Shown in pieces: positions 8,916 through 17,898 of a DNA stretch of 45,975 bases. The notes under the pieces were generated by a model. It was not told where the DNA came from and made no database searches. It saw only the letters and a program-made list of their open reading frames with translations. The translations under genes were made by a program, and so were the position numbers. The stretch covers positions 1-45,975 of the forward strand of contig DATIKK010000031.1 in the NCBI GenBank assembly GCA_035477635.1. Direction: 5' to 3'. Origin of the DNA: Bacteroidales bacterium. Lineage in GTDB: Bacteria; Bacteroidota; Bacteroidia; Bacteroidales; UBA7960. Position 1 is the first letter of the stretch. Every line of letters starts with the position of its first letter.

Positions 8916-11708
8916 ATGAAGAAATTCTCATATACAGGGAATACAGAAATATCTGCAATTGAAGGTCTATTTGAGCAATATTGTCGCGATCCTGAGACTG
9001 TTGATGAATCGTGGAGGCTGTTTTTTGAAGGGTTTGAGTTTGCCCGGACGTATTTCCCGGAATCAGAACAGGCAACAATTAAAGATTTATCCGATATAAG
9101 CAATGAATTCAAAGTAATTGAACTTATAAACGGGTACCGCGAAAGGGGGCATCTATTTACTCTTACCAATCCGGTTCGAACCCGGCGCAAATACACCCCA
9201 ACACTCGACGTGGAAAATTTTAATCTGAGTGCCGACAGCCTTAAAAATATTTTCAATGCTGGCCAGGAAATCGGATTAGGAAAAACCACCCTTGAACACA
9301 TAATTGAACATCTGAAACAAACCTATTGTCAAAGTATTGGGGTTGAATATATGTACATCCGATTTCCGGAAATAGTTTCATGGTTAAAGGACAGGATGGA
9401 AAAAAGCCGTAATACACCACATTTCGATAAGGTTAAAAAAAAGCAAATTTTCGAAAAGCTAACTGCTGCGGTTAGTTTTGAACATTTTCTGCGAAGGAGG
9501 TTTCCTGGTCAGAAAAGATTTTCACTTGAGGGTTGCGAGTCTTTGATCCCGGCTCTTGATTTTCTGGTCGAAAAGGGCGCCACCATGGGGGTAAAGGAAG
9601 TAGTAATGGGTATGGCACACCGGGGAAGGCTCAATGTGCTTGGCAACATTCTTAAAAAACCCTTTCATAAAATTTTCAGCGAATTTGAAGGCAAGGAATA
9701 CGAAGATGAAACTCTGCTGGGCGATGTAAAATATCATATGGGTTGCACGCTTGAGTCGGTTACGCGCTCAGGGCATATAGTCCAGGTGAGCATTGTGCCG
9801 AATCCGAGCCATCTCGAAGCAGTTAATCCGGTAGTTGAGGGTATTTCAAGGGCTAAAATTGACCAGCTATACGGGAGCGATAGCGGACTGTTATTACCCG
9901 TTCTTATTCATGGCGATGCAGCAATTGCCGCTCAGGGTATTGTTTACGAAGTGATTCAGATGTCGCAATTACCTGCTTACAAAACCGGAGGAACCATTCA
10001 CCTTATAATAAACAATCAGCTTGGTTTTACGACCAATTATCTGGATGCCAGATCAAGTATTTATTGCACCGACGTTGCTAAAACAATTCAATCGCCGATT
10101 TTTCATGTAAATGGCGACGATGTGGAGGCCGTAGTTTATACCGTTGAAATGGCCCTGGAATTCAGGCAACGCTTCGGCCGCGATGTATTCATCGACCTGT
10201 TGTGTTATCGCAAGCATGGCCATAACGAAGGCGATGAACCCAGATTTACTCAGCCTGTGCTTTACAAAGTAATCGAAAAGCATCCCGACCCGGCCACAAT
10301 TTACCTTAACAAATTACTCAAAGAACAAGTAATAGAAAAGCAAGAAGCCGAATCTATGAAAAGAACTTTTGAGGACTTGATGGAATCAGAGCTTGAATTA
10401 GCCGCCAGCATTAAAAAGGGGTTTATTGATCCTTTTCTTGAAAAGACATGGCAAGGTTACCGAAAGGCTTCCGGCAAGGAAATTTTCGACCGGGTTGAAA
10501 CCGGTATTGATAGAGATTTGCTTAAAATGCTAGGGTTAAGGGCTACCCGCCTGCCCGAAGGAATGCCGTTTTTCAAAAAGATGCGCAAACTAATGGAAGA
10601 AAGGCAGACCATGATTATTTCAGGCGTTGGAATAGATTGGGCAACAGCCGAAATGCTTGCTTATGCTTCCCTGCTTGGGCAAGGAGTACCGGTGCGAATA
10701 ACAGGTCAGGATGTTGAGCGTGGAACATTTAGCCACCGTCATGCCATTGTTAAAATGGAAGATTCGGAAGAAGAATACGTACCTTTAAGCCATTTAGGTG
10801 ATAATCAAGCACGTTTCGAAATTTACAATTCGTTGTTATCGGAATATGGCGTGCTGGGTTTTGAATACGGATATGCCATGGCCAGCCCCGGAAGCCTTGT
10901 TGTATGGGAGGCGCAGTTTGGCGATTTTCACAATGGCGCACAGATTATAATCGATCAGTTTCTGGCAACCGGCGAAGAAAAGTGGAAGGTATTGAACGGG
11001 CTTGTGCTTTACCTTCCTCATGGATTTGAAGGTCAGGGGCCTGAACATTCAAGCGCCCGGATAGAACGTTTCCTTGGTTTGTGCGCAGAAAACAATATGC
11101 AGGTGGTAAATTGCACCAAACCGGCTAATTTTTTCCACCTGCTGCGCAGGCAGATTTTAGGAAGGTTTTTAAAACCACTTGTTGTTTTTACGCCAAAAAG
11201 CCTGCTGCGCCATCCTGAAGGTGTTTCGAATATAGAAGAATTCACCCAGGGGGCATTTTGCGAGGTAATTGACGACCCTGAAGCCGACCCACAGGTCGTT
11301 AACCGTGTCCTAATTTGCAGCGGCAAAATTTATTATGACCTAATAGAAGAGAAGAAAACCAAGGGTTTCTTCCAAACGGCCATAATTAGACTTGAGCAAT
11401 TATACCCGCTTCCTGAACATCAACTAAAGGTTATCTTTGAAAAATACAACAAGGCAAAGCGTATAATCTGGGTCCAGGAGGAACCACAAAACATGGGGGC
11501 ATGGCCATTTCTGGCATTAAACCTTAGCGATATTGCTCTGAGTATTATTGCCCGCCCTCCAAGCGGAAGCCCTGCAAGTGGGTCGCTCAAATTCCATCAG
11601 ATGCAGCAAAGAAAAATTGTCGAAAAGGCTTTCGAAGAATGCGAATGTACAGATGTATGCCGCGAATGCAAACAGCTTTGCATCAGCCATTTAACAGAAA
11701 TCATATAA
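8916..11708 (+). CDS. sucA: 2-oxoglutarate dehydrogenase E1 component
   Basis: ATG at 8916 gives MKKFSYTGN...IEGLFEQYCRDPETVDESWRLFFEGFEF, the typical SucA N-terminus. It is ~930 aa, has a ThDP-enzyme core (HRGRLNVL, GDAAIAAQG, HGHNEGDEP) and is followed by sucB. The ORF-track extension back to 8796 is non-conserved. Confidence 0.92.
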   Translation: MKKFSYTGNTEISAIEGLFEQYCRDPETVDESWRLFFEGFEFARTYFPESEQATIKDLSDISNEFKVIELINGYRERGHLFTLTNPVRTRRKYTPTLDVENFNLSADSLKNIFNAGQEIGLGKTTLEHIIEHLKQTYCQSIGVEYMYIRFPEIVSWLKDRMEKSRNTPHFDKVKKKQIFEKLTAAVSFEHFLRRRFPGQKRFSLEGCESLIPALDFLVEKGATMGVKEVVMGMAHRGRLNVLGNILKKPFHKIFSEFEGKEYEDETLLGDVKYHMGCTLESVTRSGHIVQVSIVPNPSHLEAVNPVVEGISRAKIDQLYGSDSGLLLPVLIHGDAAIAAQGIVYEVIQMSQLPAYKTGGTIHLIINNQLGFTTNYLDARSSIYCTDVAKTIQSPIFHVNGDDVEAVVYTVEMALEFRQRFGRDVFIDLLCYRKHGHNEGDEPRFTQPVLYKVIEKHPDPATIYLNKLLKEQVIEKQEAESMKRTFEDLMESELELAASIKKGFIDPFLEKTWQGYRKASGKEIFDRVETGIDRDLLKMLGLRATRLPEGMPFFKKMRKLMEERQTMIISGVGIDWATAEMLAYASLLGQGVPVRITGQDVERGTFSHRHAIVKMEDSEEEYVPLSHLGDNQARFEIYNSLLSEYGVLGFEYGYAMASPGSLVVWEAQFGDFHNGAQIIIDQFLATGEEKWKVLNGLVLYLPHGFEGQGPEHSSARIERFLGLCAENNMQVVNCTKPANFFHLLRRQILGRFLKPLVVFTPKSLLRHPEGVSNIEEFTQGAFCEVIDDPEADPQVVNRVLICSGKIYYDLIEEKKTKGFFQTAIIRLEQLYPLPEHQLKVIFEKYNKAKRIIWVQEEPQNMGAWPFLALNLSDIALSIIARPPSGSPASGSLKFHQMQQRKIVEKAFEECECTDVCRECKQLCISHLTEII

Positions 11709-11717
11709 AAATTGCAT

Positions 11718-13025
11718 ATGCTTATCGATATTATCGTACCATCGGCGGGAGAATCAGTTAGCAAGGTTGAACTTGCCAGGTGGTTGGTTGCTGGGGGCTC
11801 ATGGGTGGAAAAGGATCAGGAAATAGCAGAAATTGACTCCGACAAAGCCACTTTAACCATCAATGCGACTCAGTCAGGGGTGCTTCGGATCCTGGTGGAT
11901 GAAGGAACTGAAATGCAACCAGGAACGGTAATCGGACAAATTGAGGTTTCCGCAGAAGTCTCATCTGCGAAAGCAATTTTAACTGCAGATACCGTCCAGT
12001 CCCAGCTATCAACTCCCCCCCTTCCTGAAGCAGTTATTCCGCATCAACCTTCGCCCATCAATTCATCATTGCAGACAGAAGATGAAACCAATCCTCCAAT
12101 CACCTTTTCGCCCCAGGCAATAAAGTTGCTTGAGGACTTGGGGATTGGTAAACCAGATACAGAATTAACCTCCTCCAACCGGAGAATTACCAAAAAAGAT
12201 GTTCTGGCAGCCATTTCAACCCGATACAATGTGGGGAAGCAAAATGAAGTAATTGACTCGATTGCTGATACTTCAACCTGGTGGAGCGGCGGCCGGGAGG
12301 AAAACCGCCAGAAAATGTCATTGCTGAGGAAAAAGGTGGCAGAGCGCCTGGTTTCGGTTAAAAACCAAACCGCAATGCTTACGAGTTTCAATGAGGTAGA
12401 TATGTCGGCAATCTTCGAAATAAGGGAAAAGCACAAAGATTCTTTTAAAGAAAAGTATGGGGTTAAGCTCGGGCTGATGGGTTTCTTTATCAAAGCTCTT
12501 ACTGAATCAATTCCATGGTTTCCGCAAGTTAATGGAAGGATTGAAGACAACCATCTCATTATTCCCCGCTATGCCGATGTGGGCATTGCCGTCAGCACGC
12601 CAAAGGGTTTGATGGTCCCCGTTATTCGCAATGCAGAGAGGTTGTCTGTTGCCGGCATCGAATTAAAAATTTCGGAATTGGCCGAAAAGGCCCGTAACAA
12701 CAAAATAAGCATCGAAGAGCTATCGGGTGGAACCATTTCAATAACAAATGGAGGCGTTTTTGGCTCTATGCTTTCAACACCCATTATCAATCCTCCGCAA
12801 AGCGCCATATTGGGAATGCACAGGATTGTTGACAGGCCTGTAGCCTACAAGGGGCGGGTCGAAATCCGTCCTATAATGTACCTGGCCCTTTCATACGACC
12901 ACCGGATTATTGACGGCCGGGAATCGGTTGGATTCCTGATAAAAATTAAGGAAAAGATTGAAAATCCGCTTCTATTTCTGCTCAATGAAAAAGATCCATC
13001 TGCACGGCTTTTAGGCTTAACCTGA
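11718..13025 (+). CDS. sucB: dihydrolipoyllysine-residue succinyltransferase (2-oxoglutarate dehydrogenase E2)
   Basis: Lipoyl domain with EIDSDKATLTI, a P/S-rich linker, a peripheral subunit-binding domain and a catalytic domain with the DHRIIDG motif. The ORF-track start at 11712 is TTG; the ATG is at 11718. Confidence 0.92.
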   Translation: MLIDIIVPSAGESVSKVELARWLVAGGSWVEKDQEIAEIDSDKATLTINATQSGVLRILVDEGTEMQPGTVIGQIEVSAEVSSAKAILTADTVQSQLSTPPLPEAVIPHQPSPINSSLQTEDETNPPITFSPQAIKLLEDLGIGKPDTELTSSNRRITKKDVLAAISTRYNVGKQNEVIDSIADTSTWWSGGREENRQKMSLLRKKVAERLVSVKNQTAMLTSFNEVDMSAIFEIREKHKDSFKEKYGVKLGLMGFFIKALTESIPWFPQVNGRIEDNHLIIPRYADVGIAVSTPKGLMVPVIRNAERLSVAGIELKISELAEKARNNKISIEELSGGTISITNGGVFGSMLSTPIINPPQSAILGMHRIVDRPVAYKGRVEIRPIMYLALSYDHRIIDGRESVGFLIKIKEKIENPLLFLLNEKDPSARLLGLT

Positions 13026-13054
13026 TTCAAGTAAAAAAATTATTTTTAAAAAAT

Positions 13055-13591
13055 ATGGCATTAATAAAAAGTATCAGAGGAATGCAGCCCAAGTTTGGAA
13101 ACAACTGCTACCTGGCCGACAATGCAACCATTATAGGCGATGTGGTAACGGGCGACAATTGCAGCATATGGTTCAATGCGGTTGTTCGAGGTGATGTGAA
13201 CAGTATCCGTATTGGGAATAAGGTAAACATACAGGATGGGGCTATAATACATTGCACTTACCAAACAGCACCAACGGTAATTGGCAACAATGTTTCAATT
13301 GCACACAACGCAATTGTTCATGGATGTGTAATCGAGGACAATGTTCTTATTGGAATGAACGCCATTGTAATGGACAACGCCAGGGTTGGGCAAAATTCTG
13401 TAATTGCAGCCGGGGCTGTAGTGCTCGAAAACACAATAGTTGAACCGGGAGCAGTCTATGCCGGCATACCTGCTAAGAAGGTTAAACAGGTTGATCAGGA
13501 TTTAACCAGGGGCCTTTTGGAGCGAATTTCGAACAATTACCTCAAGTACGCATCCTGGTATAAAGATTCGCAACTCGATAGCAAGCTATGA
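13055..13591 (+). CDS. gamma-carbonic-anhydrase-like / hexapeptide-repeat (left-handed beta-helix) family protein
   Basis: 178 aa with imperfect hexapeptide repeats (IGDVVTGDNCSIWFNAVVRGD..IRIGNKVNIQDGAIIH) and the YrdA/PaaY-type tail (YAGIPAKKV). Confidence 0.8.
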   Translation: MALIKSIRGMQPKFGNNCYLADNATIIGDVVTGDNCSIWFNAVVRGDVNSIRIGNKVNIQDGAIIHCTYQTAPTVIGNNVSIAHNAIVHGCVIEDNVLIGMNAIVMDNARVGQNSVIAAGAVVLENTIVEPGAVYAGIPAKKVKQVDQDLTRGLLERISNNYLKYASWYKDSQLDSKL

Positions 13592-13596
13592 AAAAA

Positions 13597-13622
13597 AACC
13601 CTTTAAAAGAAAAGGGTTTTTT
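13597..13622. terminator. bidirectional rho-independent terminator between convergent genes
   Basis: AACCCTTT (13597-13604) pairs with AAAGGGTT (13611-13618). It is flanked by an A-run on the 5' side and a T-run on the 3' side, so a U-tract exists on both strands. Confidence 0.7.
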
Positions 13623-13631
13623 GCTGGTTTT

Positions 13632-14144
13632 TTAATTTATAATTCCAAGCCGGGTCTTAACAGGTTGAATCAGGTTATCTCCCGGAGGGAAGAAAATAAC
13701 TGCCCCAGTTGCAGTATCGAATACGTAAGTATAACCTAATTCTTTTGCTACATCTTCAATAGCCTGGCGGGCCGCCTGAATAATAGGAGCCAGCAGGCGC
13801 TGCTCCATCTGAGCAAGGTCTTGCTGTGCCAATTCCTGAAACTCCTGAACCCGTTCCTGAAGATTGTTTAACTCGCGTTGCCTTGATTGCCTGATAAGCT
13901 CGGAATATGTAGCTTCGTTTGCGACATATTCCTGGAATTTGGTCTGGAGTTCGGTTTGCATTTCAGCAAAAGTCTCCTCGAGAGTCCTGGCATGGTTTTG
14001 CAATTGAACCTGAGCAGAGTCGCGACCGGGCATTACTGCAAGCAACTCGTTAGTGTTAATATGTCCGAACTTTAGTTGCTGAGCATGCGCGCCTGAAGCA
14101 AAAAGCATTAAAACCAGTAGGGCAAGAAAAAACAATTTTTTCAT
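13632..14144 (-). CDS. OmpH/Skp-family periplasmic chaperone
   Basis: 170 aa with a signal peptide (MKKLFFLALLVLMLFASGAHAQ), then a Q/E/L-rich coiled-coil body typical of OmpH/Skp. Confidence 0.85.
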   Translation of the reverse strand: MKKLFFLALLVLMLFASGAHAQQLKFGHINTNELLAVMPGRDSAQVQLQNHARTLEETFAEMQTELQTKFQEYVANEATYSELIRQSRQRELNNLQERVQEFQELAQQDLAQMEQRLLAPIIQAARQAIEDVAKELGYTYVFDTATGAVIFFPPGDNLIQPVKTRLGIIN

Positions 14145-14229
14145 TCGTATATTTTTTGATTAGATTAGGATGGAATTCGCATGATAAATTTACATCACTT
14201 GTTTATTTAACGAATCATGCTCGTTTGGT
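14145..14229 (-). promoter_or_regulatory. copy of the recurrent envelope-gene leader element (5' leader of ompH paralog)
   Basis: The minus strand reads ACCAAACGAGCATGATTCG...GTGATG...TTATCATGCGAATTCCATCC...CGA-ATG-AAAAAA. The core matches the 25682 copy at 22/31 positions, and both helix pairs are retained. Confidence 0.5.
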
Positions 14230-14271
14230 AAGTGCAGTTTTGCGTGGATAAATATTATTTTTTATGGTTGA

Positions 14272-14279
14272 CAAAAATA
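14272..14279 (-). promoter_or_regulatory. candidate Bacteroidota -7 promoter box (TATTTTTG) for ompH
   Basis: Matches the TAnnTTTG consensus on the minus strand, about 45 nt upstream of the leader element. Confidence 0.4.
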
Positions 14280-14379
14280 ACCAATCTGACTTAAATAGAA
14301 CAAATTTTAACAGGCTTTAAGAATATTTGTCCGAGATATTAAAAAACCCAAAAAATTTTTGAATTAAAAAAATCACATG

Positions 14380-14387
14380 TATATTTG
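14380..14387 (+). promoter_or_regulatory. Bacteroidota -7 promoter box (TATATTTG) for tRNA-Gly
   Basis: Matches TAnnTTTG 17 nt upstream of the mature tRNA 5' end. A TTG at 14359-14361 lies ~19 nt upstream and is a candidate -33 element. Confidence 0.55.
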
Positions 14388-14404
14388 CAGCCTCAAAACT
14401 CAAA

Positions 14405-14480
<76 letters not shown>

Positions 14481-14484
14481 AACG

Positions 14485-14507
14485 ACCTCTTTCAAAGAGG
14501 TTTTTTT
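14485..14507 (+). terminator. hairpin plus T7 after tRNA-Gly
   Basis: ACCTCTT-tca-AAGAGGT followed by TTTTTTT. Confidence 0.55.
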
Positions 14508-14509
14508 AT

Positions 14510-14517
14510 TAAATTTG
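14510..14517 (+). promoter_or_regulatory. Bacteroidota -7 promoter box (TAAATTTG) for tRNA-Leu
   Basis: Matches TAnnTTTG 19 nt upstream of the mature tRNA-Leu 5' end. Confidence 0.5.
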
Positions 14518-14536
14518 CCTAAATGCACGCTCTTTT

Positions 14537-14621
14537 GCCCGGATGGTGGAATAGGTAGACACCCAGGACTTAAAATCCTGTGGCCATTGCGGCCGTGCCG
14601 GTTCGAGTCCGGCTCCGGGTA
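14537..14621 (+). tRNA. tRNA-Leu (anticodon TAA), long variable arm
   Basis: GCCCGGATGGTGGAATAGGTAGACAC..., anticodon loop CTTAAAA, long extra arm, GGTTCGAGTCC T-arm and a G1-U72 acceptor end as in E. coli leuZ; 85 nt, CCA not encoded. Confidence 0.93.
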
Positions 14622-14626
14622 CATTT

Positions 14627-15760
14627 TCAAGCTTTCAATTCGGTTTTCTTGTACCTGACCCCCCGATGATCAAGATAATTCATAACAAACCCGAAATTAT
14701 CAGGATCCATCCCAATTAATTCGAGAGGAAAAACTCCTTTCCCGGTAAATTTACCCTGCAATACCAATTCGGCGCATGCTGTTGCCGTAAACCCTGTGGT
14801 ACGCCCCATTGACGAAAGCCTGGTGGCATTGTCATATTCATCGTACAGATCGTAAACTATTTTTTTTGACACACCTTCATGCTTGCCTTGTATTTCAATA
14901 CGCATAACGGTAAATTCGGGTTCGTCGGGCGAAAGTCTCCAATCGTTTATCAGGATTTTGCTCGTAAAATCAATTGGTCGTATATCAGTATTATGTATGG
15001 TCAGGGGAGTTTTTTCAAAAAACCCCGCTGCTTTTAGTGCGGTAATAAGTTGGAGATGTCCAGGGTAACGAAGGGTTTTTTCGCGCATGTTTGGGATATG
15101 TGGCAGGTTGATCAATAGCGAGCGCAACCCGTCTGTATGAAAGCCTTCCAGAGTTCCGACCTTTTCGAAAAATACAAGTTCAGGTTCGCTCATGGCTGGT
15201 TTTGTAAGCAGTTGGCCTTTTTCTTTGTAGCGTGCCGGCCTTATGTATTCTTCAACAACATCGATCGGCGAAAAGGGGGCTTTGTAATAAAACGGATAAG
15301 TTTTAACCTTAGGAAGTCCGCCAACAACATACTCAAACCGCTCTATATCCATTATCTCGTTGTAATATCCAACTATAAGGTTTGGCATACCTGGCGCCAC
15401 ACCACAATCGGTAATTGCCGTTACACCACGTTTTGCAGCAAGAGCGTTGAGGTCCATAAAATCTTCAGACATAAAAGAAATATCAATAATGTTCTTTCCA
15501 GCCTCAATCACTGTACTAACGGTATTGTATCCCATAAAACCGGGTACTGCCGAAACAACCAGGTCACAATCCTTTACCAAACTGAAAATGGTTTCCTCCT
15601 CCATAAGGTTGGCGCTTGCAGTTTCAATAGGATAGTTGGCCGAAAGAAAATTAAGTGATTGTTTATCAACATCGACCGAAAGAACCTTATGATTTACCGA
15701 AAGGTCAACAGCAATGGCCTTTCCGACCATGCCTGCTCCCAAAACAATTATTCTACTCAT
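14627..15760 (-). CDS. saccharopine dehydrogenase family NAD(P)-binding protein
   Basis: 377 aa with an N-terminal Rossmann motif (IIVLGAGMVGKAIAVDL). Length and C-terminal half are typical of the saccharopine / lysine 6-dehydrogenase family. Specific substrate unknown. Confidence 0.75.
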   Translation of the reverse strand: MSRIIVLGAGMVGKAIAVDLSVNHKVLSVDVDKQSLNFLSANYPIETASANLMEEETIFSLVKDCDLVVSAVPGFMGYNTVSTVIEAGKNIIDISFMSEDFMDLNALAAKRGVTAITDCGVAPGMPNLIVGYYNEIMDIERFEYVVGGLPKVKTYPFYYKAPFSPIDVVEEYIRPARYKEKGQLLTKPAMSEPELVFFEKVGTLEGFHTDGLRSLLINLPHIPNMREKTLRYPGHLQLITALKAAGFFEKTPLTIHNTDIRPIDFTSKILINDWRLSPDEPEFTVMRIEIQGKHEGVSKKIVYDLYDEYDNATRLSSMGRTTGFTATACAELVLQGKFTGKGVFPLELIGMDPDNFGFVMNYLDHRGVRYKKTELKA

Positions 15761-15870
15761 AGAAAAAATGGATATAAATAAATTAAACTAAACTTCCGAC
15801 GCTAAGTTAAGAAAATATATAGAGTTGGATGTCATAAATTATTATTTCTGAAATTACTATGCGCTTTGTT

Positions 15871-15878
15871 TAATTTTG
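15871..15878 (+). promoter_or_regulatory. candidate -7 promoter box (TAATTTTG) for mrdA-rodA
   Basis: Matches TAnnTTTG 37 nt upstream of the mrdA ATG. Confidence 0.4.
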
Positions 15879-15915
15879 CAACTGCTACTCCAATAACATT
15901 CCGAAGGTTTTATAA

Positions 15916-17769
15916 ATGAACAACAAGAAAGGCTTTGAACATTCCCGCAACCGGAGCAAAATAATTATTGCTGCAATGGTTTTAACCGGTGTGATTTTCT
16001 TAATCCGGCTTTTTCAAATCCAAATGCTTGACCCTTCATTTAAATTGCTGGCAAGCGGAAACGTTTTAAGGTTTATTACCGAATATCCTGCACGTGGCTT
16101 GATATTTGACCGTAATGGCGAGTTGATGGTTTACAATGAAGCTCATTTCGATCTGATGGTAGTTCCTGGTCAGATGGGTAGTATCGACACGCTTGAGTTT
16201 ATTACCCTGCTGGGTATTGATAAAGAAACCTTTGCAAATCGCCTTGACAAGGCGCGACAGCATTCGAGGTTTCGTCCTTCTGTTTTCGAGTCGCAAATTG
16301 ACATGAACACTTTTGCAGCCTTTCAGGAAAAATTGTTCAGTTTTCCAGGTTTTTTCATTCAGCCGCGAACCCTCCGGGGTTATGTTTACCCTATTGCAGC
16401 ACACACTTTAGGATATATTGGAGAAGTAGGGCCAAATGAAATTAAAAACAACCCTTATTATAGGCCTGGCGATTACATAGGCATAAGTGGCATCGAACTC
16501 TCCTATGAAGAGGTTTTACGAGGTCGCAGGGGTATAAGGGTAAGAATGGTTGATGTACTTAACCGTGATATTGGTGCCTACCAAGACGGAAGATACGATA
16601 CCGTAGGTGTAGCCGGAAGAGACCTGTTTTTAACACTTGATGCTACCCTCCAAAAATACGGCGAGGAATTAATGCAAAACAAGAGGGGAAGCATTGTTGC
16701 CATTGAGCCTTCGAGCGGAGAGATACTTGCGCTGGTAAGCTCTCCGACATACGATCCCAACCTTCTGGTTGGGCGCATTCGGGCCAGAAATTTCAAAAAT
16801 CTCCAGGAAAACGAATCAAAGCCATTGTTCAACAGGGCTCTTATGGCACAATATCCACCCGGATCTGCTTTTAAAATCATTAACACATTAATTGCATTGC
16901 AAGAGGCCGCTGTATTGCCGGCAAGAAATTACTTTTGTGGGGGGGCCTATTTCAGTGGTGGCGTTACAGTACGATGCCGTAGCCATCCTGGGCCAGTAAA
17001 TGCGATAAGTAGCATTAAGTATAGTTGCAATACTTATAGTTGTATCGTTTTCAGGAACCTCCTCGACCAGGATAGGTTTGAAAATATTCAGGAAGGATTT
17101 AATAATTGGAGAAGGCATGTTTACAGTTTTGGTTTTGGCAGGAGGCTTGGAGGTGATCTGGCTCATGAGCTTCCGGGACTGGTTGCCGAAGCTGACCTAT
17201 ACGATCGTATTTATGGCAGTCGTGGCTGGAGTTCACTTACTATCATCTCGCTGGGTATAGGTCAGGGCGAAATTGGGTCAACTCCCCTTCAAATGGCCAA
17301 CTTAGCCGCAACTGTGGCAAACCGGGGCTTTTTCGTAACACCCCATATTGTTAGGGCTATTGGGAATGCTGACAGCATCCAAAACAAATTCATGAACAGG
17401 AATTACACCACCATTGACCGGGAACATTTTGAATTAATGGCACAGGCAATGCATCAGGTTGTAGAAGCTGGCACAGGCGCTTTTTCAAAAATCCCTGGAA
17501 TAACTATGGGGGGAAAAACCGGAACCGTCCAAAATCCACACGGAGAAAACCATAGCGTGTTTATCGCCTTTGCTCCGGTTGATAATCCTCAAATTGCAAT
17601 TTCGGTTGTTATTGAAAATGCAGGTTACGGATCTGCATGGGCTGCCCCGCTTGCAAGCCTGATGATCGAAAAATACCTCAACAGGCAAGTTGAACGTACC
17701 TGGTTTGAGCAGCGCATCAAAGAGGCCAACTTTATGGAAAATAATCAGGCTTTTTCTACCCAAAACTAA
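15916..17769 (+). CDS. mrdA: penicillin-binding protein 2 (elongasome transpeptidase)
   Basis: 617 aa with an N-terminal TM anchor, a PBP dimerisation domain, and transpeptidase motifs SAFK (SxxK), SCN (SxN) and KTGT. It is followed by rodA. Confidence 0.9.
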   Translation: MNNKKGFEHSRNRSKIIIAAMVLTGVIFLIRLFQIQMLDPSFKLLASGNVLRFITEYPARGLIFDRNGELMVYNEAHFDLMVVPGQMGSIDTLEFITLLGIDKETFANRLDKARQHSRFRPSVFESQIDMNTFAAFQEKLFSFPGFFIQPRTLRGYVYPIAAHTLGYIGEVGPNEIKNNPYYRPGDYIGISGIELSYEEVLRGRRGIRVRMVDVLNRDIGAYQDGRYDTVGVAGRDLFLTLDATLQKYGEELMQNKRGSIVAIEPSSGEILALVSSPTYDPNLLVGRIRARNFKNLQENESKPLFNRALMAQYPPGSAFKIINTLIALQEAAVLPARNYFCGGAYFSGGVTVRCRSHPGPVNAISSIKYSCNTYSCIVFRNLLDQDRFENIQEGFNNWRRHVYSFGFGRRLGGDLAHELPGLVAEADLYDRIYGSRGWSSLTIISLGIGQGEIGSTPLQMANLAATVANRGFFVTPHIVRAIGNADSIQNKFMNRNYTTIDREHFELMAQAMHQVVEAGTGAFSKIPGITMGGKTGTVQNPHGENHSVFIAFAPVDNPQIAISVVIENAGYGSAWAAPLASLMIEKYLNRQVERTWFEQRIKEANFMENNQAFSTQN

Positions 17770-17898
17770 TCTCATCATATTTTGGCATTTGCATAAATAT
17801 GGAAAGACCGGAAAACTAAACATTAAGGTATTTGTAGAAATTTAAACAGATAAATTCATTTTTTTAAAATTTCCCTTGTACGAAAAACTCCGTAAATA

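Noticed and set aside
12044-12559. Long antisense ORFs within housekeeping genes (12044-12559 in sucB, 15137-15658 in the saccharopine dehydrogenase gene, 24168-24599 in bamA, 8849-9301 in sucA, 38566-38955 and 39634-40044 in tex)
   Set aside because: Each lies opposite a confidently identified conserved gene and shows no recognisable motif. They are typical frame-shadow ORFs.
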